Shown here: positions 9,362-19,055 of the stretch, one piece after another
How the letters are laid out: the number at the start of each line of letters is the position of its first letter
Position numbering within the stretch: the stretch's first letter is position 1
DNA from: Candidatus Terraquivivens tengchongensis
GTDB lineage: Archaea; Thermoproteota; Nitrososphaeria_A; Caldarchaeales; Wolframiiraptoraceae
Reading direction: 5' to 3'
NCBI GenBank assembly: GCA_023261845.1
Contig: JALNJZ010000001.1
Coordinates: 1 to 64,000 of the forward strand
Length of the DNA stretch: 64,000 nucleotides
Notes under the pieces: model-generated
Seen by the model: only the letters and a program-made list of their open reading frames with translations
Told to the model about the DNA's origin: nothing
Databases searched by the model: none
Translations under genes and position numbers: made by a program

Positions 9362-10303
9362 CTATGATCGGGTGGTTACGTATGAAAAAAGCTCTATTAT
9401 CTTTGATGCGACTTCAACAGAGGCCCTTTCCTGAGCCTCTAGTGTCTGGGCACCTATGTGAGGCGTACATATAACATTTGGAAGCTCAAGCAGCTTCTTG
9501 TTGACGGGTGGCTCCACGCTATATACGTCCAAAGCGGCGCCTCTTAATCTTCCGGTTACTAAGGCCTCGTACAGAGCGTCCTCATCTATTACGGCACCTC
9601 TCGATGTATTAATTAAGAATGCTCCTCGTTTTATAAACTGCATGTTGTCTTTGTTGAGTAACTTCCTCGTTGATGACGTTAAGGAAACGTGGAGCGTTAT
9701 GTAGTCTGATGCCTTCAAAAGTTCTATGAGTGGAAGGACCCTTCCTGATACTTTCCTCAAAAATTCATCAGGTATCGGAATCACGTCGTTTAGTAGCACT
9801 TCCATGCCGAATGCCTTCGTTAGCTCTGCGACCCTCCTGCCTACCCTACCCGCGCCGATTATGCCAACGGTCTTACCCATTAACTCCACACCTTCACATT
9901 TTCCTTTTGGCCAACCACCCTTTTTCATTTCATCATTTAGCAGGCATATGTTTCGCGACAGGGCCAGCATAAGACCCACAGTTAGCTCGGCTGTTGCATT
10001 TGCAACCGCATCACCAGCACAGACAACCTTTATTCCCCGTTCATGAGCCGCATCTAAGTCTATGTTATCCGTACCAGCTCCAACCCTTGCAATCACCTTC
10101 AGCTTCTTTGCCGCCTCTATAACGTCTCTGCTTACTTTCGTCCTACTCCTGACAACAATTACATCATATTCAGAGATAACCTTCAACAGTTCCTCGTAGG
10201 AGATTCCCTCAGCAACGAGGACCTCGAAACCTGCATCCTTTAGTTTTCTTATTCCAGTCTCGTGAACCTTGTCGCAGACCAAGACCTTCGGAGGGCTATC
10301 CAT
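9362..10303 (-). CDS. serA: D-3-phosphoglycerate dehydrogenase-type 2-hydroxyacid dehydrogenase (no ACT domain)
   Basis: VRSRTKV, RVGAGTDNID, GAGRVG, INTSRG, TPHIGAQT.EAQ. ATG at 10303 overlaps the trpB2 stop (TAATG). Confidence 0.8.
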   Translation of the reverse strand: MDSPPKVLVCDKVHETGIRKLKDAGFEVLVAEGISYEELLKVISEYDVIVVRSRTKVSRDVIEAAKKLKVIARVGAGTDNIDLDAAHERGIKVVCAGDAVANATAELTVGLMLALSRNICLLNDEMKKGGWPKGKCEGVELMGKTVGIIGAGRVGRRVAELTKAFGMEVLLNDVIPIPDEFLRKVSGRVLPLIELLKASDYITLHVSLTSSTRKLLNKDNMQFIKRGAFLINTSRGAVIDEDALYEALVTGRLRGAALDVYSVEPPVNKKLLELPNVICTPHIGAQTLEAQERASVEVASKIIELFSYVTTRS

Positions 10304-11703
10304 TAAACAGACCACCTCAAGTATGGCAACTCTTCAATCCATGGATAGAGTCTCTTTAACTTTTCTATAGAATTCTTTATAGCGTTTTCGGGATATTCAT
10401 ATTTAGGCAACTTTCCTGCGAAGAACTCATCGTAAGCATGCATGTCAAAGTGTCCGTGACCGCAAAGGTTGAAGAGTATCGTTTTCTTCTCACCCGTCCT
10501 CTTACACCTTAAAGCCTCATCTATTACGTACCTTATGGTGTGTGATGGTTCCGGTGCGGGTACGATACCTTCTGTCCTAGCGAACGTAGTTGCAGCCTCG
10601 AAGACCGATACTTGATCGTAAGCTACCGCTTTAATATGCCCCTCCTTCGCGAGTAAACAGAGCGTCGGCGCATCACCATGATACCTTAGCCCTCCAGCAT
10701 GTATAGGCGGCGGGATGAAATCTGAGCCAACCGTGTACATAGCTAGGAGTGGTGTTAATTTCGCCGTGTCGCCGTGATCATAAGTGTATATACCTTTGGT
10801 TAGGGTGGGGCAAGCCGTGGGTTCTGTTGCGATAAACTCTATGTCCTTCTCAGCCTTCTTCGTTACCTTATCATAGTAGAATGGCCAAAATAGACCCGAG
10901 AAGCTGCTTCCACCTCCGACACAACCGGCCACCACGTCAGGGTACTCGTCCAGTGCTTCTAGTTGTTTCTTCGCCTCAAGACCTTGGACCGTCTGATGCA
11001 TTAAAACGTGGTTGAGCACGCTACCCAACGTGTACTTTGTGCCTTCATGCATTAAAGCATCTTCGATGGCCTCACTTATCGCTATGCCTAAACTTCCTGG
11101 ATTTTGCGGGTCGCTCTTCAATATGCTCCGGCCAAAGTTCGTCCTATCGCTAGGACTTGGCAATACCTCCGCTCCCCACACTTGCATCATTATCTTTCTG
11201 TAAGGTTTCTGGTCATAGCTTGCTCTTACCATGTAAACCGTACACTTTAAGTTGAATAGCATACAACCGAAGGCAAGGGCGGAACCCCACTGGCCAGCAC
11301 TAGTCTCCGTGGTCAGCCTTTCCTGTCCCTCCTTCATGTTATAATAAGCTTGTGCAACGGCTGTGTTGGGTTTATGAGAACCAGGCGGACTCACACCTTC
11401 GAACTTGTAGTAAATCTTAGCTGGCGTCTTCAGGTACCTCTCAAGCCCTATCGCTCTGTATAATGGTGTTGGCCTCCATAGAGCATAGACCTCTCTTACC
11501 TCCTCGGGTATTGGAATCCACCTATCCATACTCATCTCTTGCTTAAGCAACTCTTTTGCAAATATCCTTTCAAGCTTTGCCGGTGAGACTGGGGCTCTTG
11601 TCTCGGGATCTATTGGCGGAGGGAGGGGTTTCGGTAGGTCCGGTAGTATGTTATACCACTCTTTCGGTATTTCATAATCACTAAGGACTACCTTACGTTG
11701 CAT
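10303..11703 (-). CDS. trpB2: tryptophan synthase beta chain type 2 (TrpB2)
   Basis: [21 protein letters not shown] (PLP Lys), [25 protein letters not shown]. Start set at ATG 11703. Confidence 0.95.
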   Translation of the reverse strand: MQRKVVLSDYEIPKEWYNILPDLPKPLPPPIDPETRAPVSPAKLERIFAKELLKQEMSMDRWIPIPEEVREVYALWRPTPLYRAIGLERYLKTPAKIYYKFEGVSPPGSHKPNTAVAQAYYNMKEGQERLTTETSAGQWGSALAFGCMLFNLKCTVYMVRASYDQKPYRKIMMQVWGAEVLPSPSDRTNFGRSILKSDPQNPGSLGIAISEAIEDALMHEGTKYTLGSVLNHVLMHQTVQGLEAKKQLEALDEYPDVVAGCVGGGSSFSGLFWPFYYDKVTKKAEKDIEFIATEPTACPTLTKGIYTYDHGDTAKLTPLLAMYTVGSDFIPPPIHAGGLRYHGDAPTLCLLAKEGHIKAVAYDQVSVFEAATTFARTEGIVPAPEPSHTIRYVIDEALRCKRTGEKKTILFNLCGHGHFDMHAYDEFFAGKLPKYEYPENAIKNSIEKLKRLYPWIEELPYLRWSV

Positions 11704-11877
11704 AGCATTTTTCGAATTTTGACCGATAATAAACGTTGTGTGTAAAAATGAATGCATTCGTAGTAATGAACAAAAATGTGCATCCAACATGCATTAAGAA
11801 AATCTTGATGAAGCACGATGTTCGGAAAACATACTGCTTAAAATGTATAGAACCTTTACTTAACTCATTAGAACGTT

Positions 11878-11901
11878 TACATGTACACATTTGTACATGT
11901 A
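11878..11901. promoter_or_regulatory. perfect 10-bp inverted repeat containing TGTACA-N4-TGTACA (TRP-box-like operator)
   Basis: TACATGTACA-CATT-TGTACATGTA, in the divergent trpB2/aminotransferase intergenic region. Confidence 0.6.
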
Positions 11902-11962
11902 TAATCATGGTAGATTTTATAAGTTAAAGATTTAAAACGCTGTAATATTTCAACTATTCCTA

Positions 11963-13102
11963 ATGTTGCTGGTAACACCCGGTCCTACGGAGCTTCACGA
12001 ACGCGTCCTCGCTGCTATGTCCAAGCAGGTGATCAGCCATAGAGGACCTGAGCTTCGGGAGCTTTATACTTCTTTAGTCGAGAAGTTTAGGAAGTTGTTC
12101 AAAACTGATGGGAGCGTATTTGTTCTTGCATGTTCCGCCACAGGCGGTATAGAGTGTGCTGTGTCGAACATAATAAACAAGGGTGACAAAGTGTTATCGC
12201 CGGTATTCGGTGTTTTCTCCGAGAGGTTTGCTGAAGCTGCAAAGTTCTACGGGGCTGAAATTACTTACATAAACATCAAACCGCAAAATGCTCCAAGCCC
12301 TGAACTAATCAAAAGAGCGCTCGACGAAAGGACATATGACGTAGCGTTGCTTGTGTACAATGAAACCTCTACCGGTACGATGAGCAAAGATTTTAAAGAA
12401 ATTGTCAGAACGTGTAAAGAGCATGGTGTTCTCGTCGCAGTGGATGCCGTATCTGCTGCTGGAGGGGTACCGCTTGAGATTGACGCTTGGGGCATAGATG
12501 TTTGTGTTGTCGGCAGTCAGAAGTGTTATGCTGGCCCGCCTGGTCTATCGATAATAACCGTGAGCGAAGAGGCGTGGCACAAGATCAGGAGTTCTAGAAG
12601 GCCTTTCTACTTTGACCTCATAAAATACAAGAAATTTTATGAAGATAATCGTGAGACACCTTTCACACCAGCAGTTAACCTAATGTATGGAATGGATGAA
12701 GCGCTTAATATCGTCTTAGAGTACGGAGCAAATCGTTGGATACAGAGGCATATAGACTTCGCTAACGCCATTTACGAAACTCTCGAGAAAGCTAACGTAA
12801 ATCTGTTCGCAGAGAAAGAATACAGGTCACCCACAGTCATCTCAATTTCACTGCCAAGCGGTGTAACGGATTCTGAAGTCCTTAAAGAGCTCAGGATTAA
12901 GCACGGCGTGATAGCCGCCGGCGGTATGGGAAGCATGAAGGGATCGCTCATAAGGATCGCCAATATGGGAAACCTGAGCGTTGAGAAGACAGTTAAAGTA
13001 TACGACGCCATCCTAAATGTCATGTTCTTTAAGGTTAATGGTATAGATCTTCATGCTGCCGGAGCATTAGAAGAGCGACTCCGTAAGATAGGTTATCAAT
13101 GA
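11963..13102 (+). CDS. class V PLP aminotransferase (alanine-glyoxylate / phosphoserine aminotransferase-like)
   Basis: LLVTPGPT, SHRG, NETSTG, VDAVS, GSQK..AGPPG, TPFTP. TTTAAA about 30 bp upstream suggests a leaderless transcript. Confidence 0.9.
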   Translation: MLLVTPGPTELHERVLAAMSKQVISHRGPELRELYTSLVEKFRKLFKTDGSVFVLACSATGGIECAVSNIINKGDKVLSPVFGVFSERFAEAAKFYGAEITYINIKPQNAPSPELIKRALDERTYDVALLVYNETSTGTMSKDFKEIVRTCKEHGVLVAVDAVSAAGGVPLEIDAWGIDVCVVGSQKCYAGPPGLSIITVSEEAWHKIRSSRRPFYFDLIKYKKFYEDNRETPFTPAVNLMYGMDEALNIVLEYGANRWIQRHIDFANAIYETLEKANVNLFAEKEYRSPTVISISLPSGVTDSEVLKELRIKHGVIAAGGMGSMKGSLIRIANMGNLSVEKTVKVYDAILNVMFFKVNGIDLHAAGALEERLRKIGYQ

Positions 13103-13192
13103 ATTTTGCTAACGAATTAATGGACTCCTTTCTACAAAACATTTATCTTAATAACATTCCTGAATATTGAGCAAAAAAGCCGGAGGTGCAAT

Positions 13193-14071
13193 CTGACGTC
13201 TGGTAAGGAGGCTCCTTTCTGGGACCACGTTAGAGAGCTAAGTACAAGGCTCAAGCGCATACTCATAGCAGTATTCGTCACGACGATATTCATGATGGTG
13301 TTTCCAGCAGACCCTGTTGCGCTCATCACAAATCCCATCCAGTTCTTAGAAATGTACGAACCCATTATAGCGAGAATTCTCGCATTAGTTAATGATTACG
13401 TACTTCCTGAGGGTGTGAAACTGATAGCTGGTGAACTTTCATCGCCCTTTGAGATTTGGATCGTGGCTTCAATGCTACTCGGGCTCCTTGTCAGCATGCC
13501 CGTTGTTGGTTATGAGATATATGCTTTCGTTAACCCTGCATTTTATCCTCATGAAAGGAGGCTCATTTACCCATTCCTGACAGCATTTATAGTCCTATTT
13601 TTCGTTGGTGTTGCTTTCGCGCTACTTTTCGTACTACCAGCCTTGATGAAGTTCTTAGTATTATTTGCCGTGATGTTTAAGATAGAAGCGACCGTTACTG
13701 CCATATCTTTTTATACGATGGTCTTCTTTACTGCCTTAGCCACGGGCATCGTCTTTACCTTTCCTGTAGTGCTCATTCTCCTCATCAGATTTGGCATAGT
13801 TGGAACTGCTCCGTTTAAAAAATATAGGAGGTACATCTACATATTTATGTACATAATTGTGGCATTCATCACACCGGATGGTGGAGTAGTTGGTAACTTC
13901 ATATTGTTCATACCCCTCGTTGTGATGTTTGAAATTGCGCTACTTATTGGGAGGAGGTATGAGAGGCAGAGGTTTAGAGAACTGTATGGTGAACTTAAGT
14001 GTAAGTTCTGTGGTGCGGAGGTTTCACCAGACGATGTATTTTGCCCGAAATGTGATAGGGCTCTTAAGTAA
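13193..14071 (+). CDS. tatC: twin-arginine translocase TatC with C-terminal zinc ribbon
   Basis: In-frame PFWDHVREL..RL upstream of the listed ATG; YEI.AFV.PA.Y..ERR, AFITPD; C-terminal CKFC...CPKC. Confidence 0.9.
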   Translation: MTSGKEAPFWDHVRELSTRLKRILIAVFVTTIFMMVFPADPVALITNPIQFLEMYEPIIARILALVNDYVLPEGVKLIAGELSSPFEIWIVASMLLGLLVSMPVVGYEIYAFVNPAFYPHERRLIYPFLTAFIVLFFVGVAFALLFVLPALMKFLVLFAVMFKIEATVTAISFYTMVFFTALATGIVFTFPVVLILLIRFGIVGTAPFKKYRRYIYIFMYIIVAFITPDGGVVGNFILFIPLVVMFEIALLIGRRYERQRFRELYGELKCKFCGAEVSPDDVFCPKCDRALK

Positions 14072-14083
14072 GCAACAGTTACT

Positions 14084-14779
14084 CTAAACATATACCGGAA
14101 GATTATCATCGTCAAGGACTATCGTGTTCTCATCCGTCATACATATCTTCACCGCCCTTAATTCTACACCGTGTAGTTTGGCGTCGCGTAGAAGCTTTGC
14201 GACTATGGCGTCTCCTGACTCGCATTGTTTGAAGCCTATGGTTAACGGATGTGTTGCAACGAACGTTATGATGCTTCTAGCACTTCTTGCCAACTCTTTC
14301 ATTAATAGGATATGCCTTCTTCCCCTTAAAGTAGGAGAATCAGGGTACATGGCATATCCGTCCGAGAAGTAAGCGGCGGATTTGAGCTCTAAGTATCCCT
14401 TCCCCAGACCTTCTGCATAAAGCTCGTAATCTATCCTTGAGCACTTTACTCTTACCTCCTTCCTCATTATCTGGTATGGTGGTAGCCATGAGATCTTGTT
14501 GAGACTGCACGCTATCTCGAAGCTCTTGGCCTGAAGATACGTATCCACCAGTACAACACCTGTAGCGACTTTTACTCCGACAATTGAGGCACGGGTTATA
14601 CCTCCATATCTGAACTGGATTAATACATCTGAACCAGGATATATCAGGTCCAGTAGCCTTCCAGTATTCCTAATTTGGGCCTTAAACCTCTTGCCCCCAT
14701 ATTCTATCAGCACAGTAACCCTGGATAATCTCTTGACCACCTTTGCCGGCCATAGGTCTAATTTTAAAAGCTCGGTCAA
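14084..14779 (-). CDS. sfsA: SfsA-family DNA/RNA nuclease
   Basis: NTGRL..L..PG, SRID, ELKS, YPDSPT.RGRRH. Confidence 0.88.
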   Translation of the reverse strand: MTELLKLDLWPAKVVKRLSRVTVLIEYGGKRFKAQIRNTGRLLDLIYPGSDVLIQFRYGGITRASIVGVKVATGVVLVDTYLQAKSFEIACSLNKISWLPPYQIMRKEVRVKCSRIDYELYAEGLGKGYLELKSAAYFSDGYAMYPDSPTLRGRRHILLMKELARSARSIITFVATHPLTIGFKQCESGDAIVAKLLRDAKLHGVELRAVKICMTDENTIVLDDDNLPVYV

Positions 14780-14923
14780 GCATTATTCATATTACCTTAA
14801 CCATCGTAAAAGCATTATGGAAAGAAAAGCTATATTATACAACTAACCCCCATCCGTGCAGGTGAAATGTACCGCCAAATTTAACATCCCCTTCAAAAGG
14901 GATGAACGACGATAAAGTGGGGT

Positions 14924-17900
14924 GTGATCTATTTGTCACTTTTCCAGGGTAGATACGATCCTAAGAAAGTTGAGGAAACTGTGGCAAATTGGTGGCGTGA
15001 GAGGGATATTCAAAGGAAGGTTTTCGAGAGTAATAAAAACGCACCTATATTTTCCTTCTTAGAGGGGCCACCGACGGCAAACGGTTTCATGCATGTAGGG
15101 CACGCTAGGGGCAGGGTATACAAAGACATAGTGCTCAGGTATCAGACGATGAAAGGGCTGAATGTTTGGAGGAGGGCTGGTTGGGACTGCTTGGGGTTGC
15201 CCACAGAGCTAGAAGTTGAGAAAAAGCTGGGCTTTACATCTAAGAAAGATATAGAAACTTTTGGTCTCGAACGGTTCGTCGAGGAGGCCAATAAAATTGT
15301 AGACTTTTACATAGACCATTGGAGGAGAGCTTCTGAGAGGCTTGCACTTTGGCTTGACTACGAAAATGCGTACGAAACGAGAAAGGAGAGCTATATGGAG
15401 CATGTTTGGACCTTACTTAAGAAGGCATATGAAGATGGCAACCTGGTCGAGAGCTTTAAGGTTGTTCACTACTGTCCTTCGTGTGAGACACCACTTTCTT
15501 CACATGAAGTATCGCAAGGTTATGAAGAAGTAGAAGATCCATCTGTATACGTAAAGTTCCCCCTTAAACGGAACAAAAACGAATATGTTGTGATATGGAC
15601 GACGACGCCTTGGACGCTTCCAGGGAATGAGGTTGTTGCAGTAAACCCAAACGCAGAATACGTCAGATGTAAAGTTGGAAACGAAATATGGATAGTTGGT
15701 GAAGATGCGCTAGAAAGAGCGATGAACGACATGTGTGTGGAAAGTTACAATGTAGTTCAAAGAATAAAAGGGTCGGAGCTCGTAGGTGAAGGTTATTGGC
15801 ACCCACTTGCTGAAGAAGTTCCTGTGCATAAAGAGCACGAGAGTCTAGCTCACACGATAGTGGCCGCAGAGTTTGTTACTATGACCGAAGGGACAGGATG
15901 TGTACACGTCGCGCCAGCGCACGGACCAGAGGACTTCGAGCTTGGAAAGTCATTGGGTATACCAATATTCTGTCCAATAAGACCAAACGGCACATTCACG
16001 GAGGAGGGCGGTACATACGCAGGCATGTATTTCAAGCAAGCCGGTGAACGGGTGTTACAGGACTTAAAGTCAAAGGGTCTGTTAATAAGGGTGGGAAAGA
16101 TTGTTCATACATATCCATTCTGCTGGAGATGCGGAAGTCCACTTATATATCTAGCAAGCCGTCAGTGGTTTCTTAAGATAGACAAAATTAAGGAGAAGAT
16201 GTTAGAAGAGAACAAGAAAGTAAGATGGCAGCCCCAATGGGCTGGAATGGGTAGATTTGGAGACTGGATAGCTGGTGCAGAGGACTGGTGTATATCAAGA
16301 ACAAAAGTATGGGGTACGCCACTACCAGTCTGGATCTGCACAAACTGTGGAGCTAAGAGAGTCGTAGGTAGCAAAGCCGAACTTGAAAGTGCCATAAAGA
16401 AACCTGAAAATATCAGACTCTTAAGACCTTGGATAGACGAGGTAGTTTTCAAGTGTGAAAATTGTGGCGGCGAGATGAAAAGGGAGCCGTTCGTCCTGGA
16501 TACTTGGTTAGATTCCGGCGTAGCTCATTTCGCAAGCGTTGATTATTTAAGAAACAAAAATTTGTTCGAAAAGTTATTCCCTTATGATTTCATAACTGAA
16601 GCCATAGACCAGACCAGGGGATGGTTTTATACACTTCTCTTCACATCAGTGCTCTACTTCGGGAGAACACCCTTCAACTCTGTGCTTAACCAAGGTCACG
16701 TACTAGATAGCGAAGGTAAGAAAATGTCAAAGTCTAAAGGAAATGTGATATGGGCCATGGACGCTTTCGAGAATTTTGGTGTTGACCCTCTGAGGCTATA
16801 CCTTGTTTCAAAAGCTAAACCCTGGGATACGATCAACTTCGTGCCGGTAGAGATTGATAGAGTTGCCGAGGAGTTGAACATACTTTGGAACGTCTTTACT
16901 TTCGTAAAGACTTACTTTGATCTCGATAAATTTGACCCGGAGAGGTACCGAGTGGAGGCGATGTTGAAGTATGCTGACGTTGTTGATAAATGGATATTAT
17001 CAAAGATAAACTCCTTAGTAAAGCTCGTGACAAATTCGCTTGAGGATTTGGAGATATACACGGCCGCCAAAGCTCTCAGGAGCTTTATCGTGGAAGACTT
17101 AAGTCACGTTTACATTAGGAGCATAAGACGTAGGATATGGGTGGAGAAGGTGACTGTGGAAAAGCTTACGGCATATTCTGTGCTCTTTTATTTGATAAGA
17201 AAATTGGTGGCCTTGCTGGCACCCTTTGTACCATATCTGTCTGAATACCTGTTTTTTGCGATAAAACAAAAGGATGACCCGGAGAGTGTCCACCTATTAA
17301 GGTGGCCGAGGGTTGACGAGGAGTTCATAAACCAAGAATTGGAGGACAACATGGACATAGTACAATCCGTGTTGAGTAGCATACTTGCGGCAAGGCAGAA
17401 AGCAGGAAGAAAGCTCAGGTGGCCAGTTAAGTCCGTAACGTTAATTCCAAAGACTTTGAAGGTAAAACAGGCTCTGAGCCAGTTTAAAGATTATCTGAAG
17501 TCTCAAGCCAATACTGAAGAGCTTATCATACTAGATGTGAATGAAAGACCAGACTGGCTACGTAGGAAGGCTACACCCGTTCTTTCATCCCTTGGCCCTA
17601 AGTTTGGCCCAAGACTCGGCGACGTCCTAAAGGCAATCCGTTCGGTTCCAGCCGAAAAGCTTGAGGAAGACATAATAAATAATGGTGTCGCAAAAGTTAC
17701 ACTTCAAGATGGGACGGTGATCGAACTAACGAATCATGACGTAAATTTCTTCGATGAAGTACCGGAGAATTTGAGCTATGAGGATGGGCGCTTTGCTGGG
17801 GTTTATGTTGACTTGACCGAGACAGAGGTCATAAGATTGGTGTCAGTAGCCAACGAGCTGATAAGGAGGATACAAGTCATGCGTAGGGAAATAGGGCTTG

Positions 17901-18106
17901 ATATCGATAAAGTTGTTGAATGCATGTTAACATCTGACTCTAGAGAACTTGTTGAAGTTGTTGAGAAGATGAGCGATTATATCGAGGAAGAAACAAGAAC
18001 AAAGTTAAAGATACATGAACAGCCATTCGAATCAAAAGGACAACTTTACAAAAAGGAATGGAAAATAGACCAGATGCAAGTAATAATAGCTTTAAGTAAA
18101 GAATAA
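14924..18106 (+). CDS. ileS: isoleucine--tRNA ligase
   Basis: EGPPTANG.MHVGH, WTTTPWTLP, GTGCVH.APAHG, DWCISR, DQTRGWFY, KMSKS. Start may be TTG 14933. Confidence 0.97.
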   Translation: MIYLSLFQGRYDPKKVEETVANWWRERDIQRKVFESNKNAPIFSFLEGPPTANGFMHVGHARGRVYKDIVLRYQTMKGLNVWRRAGWDCLGLPTELEVEKKLGFTSKKDIETFGLERFVEEANKIVDFYIDHWRRASERLALWLDYENAYETRKESYMEHVWTLLKKAYEDGNLVESFKVVHYCPSCETPLSSHEVSQGYEEVEDPSVYVKFPLKRNKNEYVVIWTTTPWTLPGNEVVAVNPNAEYVRCKVGNEIWIVGEDALERAMNDMCVESYNVVQRIKGSELVGEGYWHPLAEEVPVHKEHESLAHTIVAAEFVTMTEGTGCVHVAPAHGPEDFELGKSLGIPIFCPIRPNGTFTEEGGTYAGMYFKQAGERVLQDLKSKGLLIRVGKIVHTYPFCWRCGSPLIYLASRQWFLKIDKIKEKMLEENKKVRWQPQWAGMGRFGDWIAGAEDWCISRTKVWGTPLPVWICTNCGAKRVVGSKAELESAIKKPENIRLLRPWIDEVVFKCENCGGEMKREPFVLDTWLDSGVAHFASVDYLRNKNLFEKLFPYDFITEAIDQTRGWFYTLLFTSVLYFGRTPFNSVLNQGHVLDSEGKKMSKSKGNVIWAMDAFENFGVDPLRLYLVSKAKPWDTINFVPVEIDRVAEELNILWNVFTFVKTYFDLDKFDPERYRVEAMLKYADVVDKWILSKINSLVKLVTNSLEDLEIYTAAKALRSFIVEDLSHVYIRSIRRRIWVEKVTVEKLTAYSVLFYLIRKLVALLAPFVPYLSEYLFFAIKQKDDPESVHLLRWPRVDEEFINQELEDNMDIVQSVLSSILAARQKAGRKLRWPVKSVTLIPKTLKVKQALSQFKDYLKSQANTEELIILDVNERPDWLRRKATPVLSSLGPKFGPRLGDVLKAIRSVPAEKLEEDIINNGVAKVTLQDGTVIELTNHDVNFFDEVPENLSYEDGRFAGVYVDLTETEVIRLVSVANELIRRIQVMRREIGLDIDKVVECMLTSDSRELVEVVEKMSDYIEEETRTKLKIHEQPFESKGQLYKKEWKIDQMQVIIALSKE

Positions 18107-18121
18107 AAGTAGCCTGGTGAC

Positions 18122-19030
18122 ATGTCATTACCCTTACACGAACTTGTTAAAAGGTTTGGTGAGCTTACAGAGGAGGATTATTATATCCTTTCAATCATGG
18201 AAAGGAATTTAACAAAATTTCGTGAAGTTCCGTATCAAGTCATCTTACAGTCAGTTAACTTTAGCGAGGCAAAATTGGAACGAAGTTTGAACAAACTTCA
18301 TTATCTGAGGCTTATATGGAGTCCAAGAGGTAAGAAGGCAGCGTACGTGTTAAATTATCTTGGTTTGGATGTTCTTGCCCTAAGGACGCTCTCCTCAAAG
18401 GGGATAATATCCGGGCTGGGCATGCCCATAGGTATGGGAAAAGAGGCCGATGTTTATGATGCAATAAGTCGTGAAGGGAAGAGGTTCGCGGTAAAGTTTT
18501 TCAGGATTGGAAGGCCGAGCTTTAAAAAGTACGAAAGAGTTAGAGAATCCTTGGTTAGAGTCCACAACTACCTAGAGGCGTCAATCAGGGCAGCGCGTAT
18601 GGAGTTTAAAGCTTTATTGATGCTTAAGGGGAAAGTGCCAGTCCCTACACCAGTTTATAGAACGAGACATGTTGTAGTAACCGAATTGTTCGAGGGTATT
18701 GAGCTTGCTTCGCTTTCTAAGCTCGATAATGCCGAAGAAGTCTTGTTAAAGATAATAGACGCTATCAAATCCGCTTATGAAGCAGGTGTGGTCCATAGAG
18801 ACCTTAGCGCCTATAACGTCTTGATTAAGGCCGACGGCAACATAATATTAATAGACTGGCCTCAATGGGTTGAAAGGAAACATCCGCAGGCATCCCTTTA
18901 CTTGGAAAGGGATATTAGGAATATACTGAGTTTTTTTGCTAGAAAATGGAACATTCGGAATATACCTCCGGAATATGGGAAGATTATTGAAGAAATCACC
19001 GGGAAAAGCATTAATATATATTACGAATAA
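18122..19030 (+). CDS. rio2: RIO2-type Ser/Thr kinase
   Basis: N-terminal wHTH (LNYLGLDVLAL), GMGKEADVY, KFFRIGRPSF, HRDLSAYNVL, IDWPQ. Confidence 0.92.
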   Translation: MSLPLHELVKRFGELTEEDYYILSIMERNLTKFREVPYQVILQSVNFSEAKLERSLNKLHYLRLIWSPRGKKAAYVLNYLGLDVLALRTLSSKGIISGLGMPIGMGKEADVYDAISREGKRFAVKFFRIGRPSFKKYERVRESLVRVHNYLEASIRAARMEFKALLMLKGKVPVPTPVYRTRHVVVTELFEGIELASLSKLDNAEEVLLKIIDAIKSAYEAGVVHRDLSAYNVLIKADGNIILIDWPQWVERKHPQASLYLERDIRNILSFFARKWNIRNIPPEYGKIIEEITGKSINIYYE

Positions 19031-19055
19031 CAAAAAACGATAGGGTCAAGGCGGC

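Noticed and set aside
11693-11927. Leader/attenuator peptide ORFs upstream of trpB2 (11693-11908 minus; 11736-11927 plus)
   Set aside because: Neither contains Trp codons. Both overlap promoter-like AT-rich DNA and look like chance ORFs.
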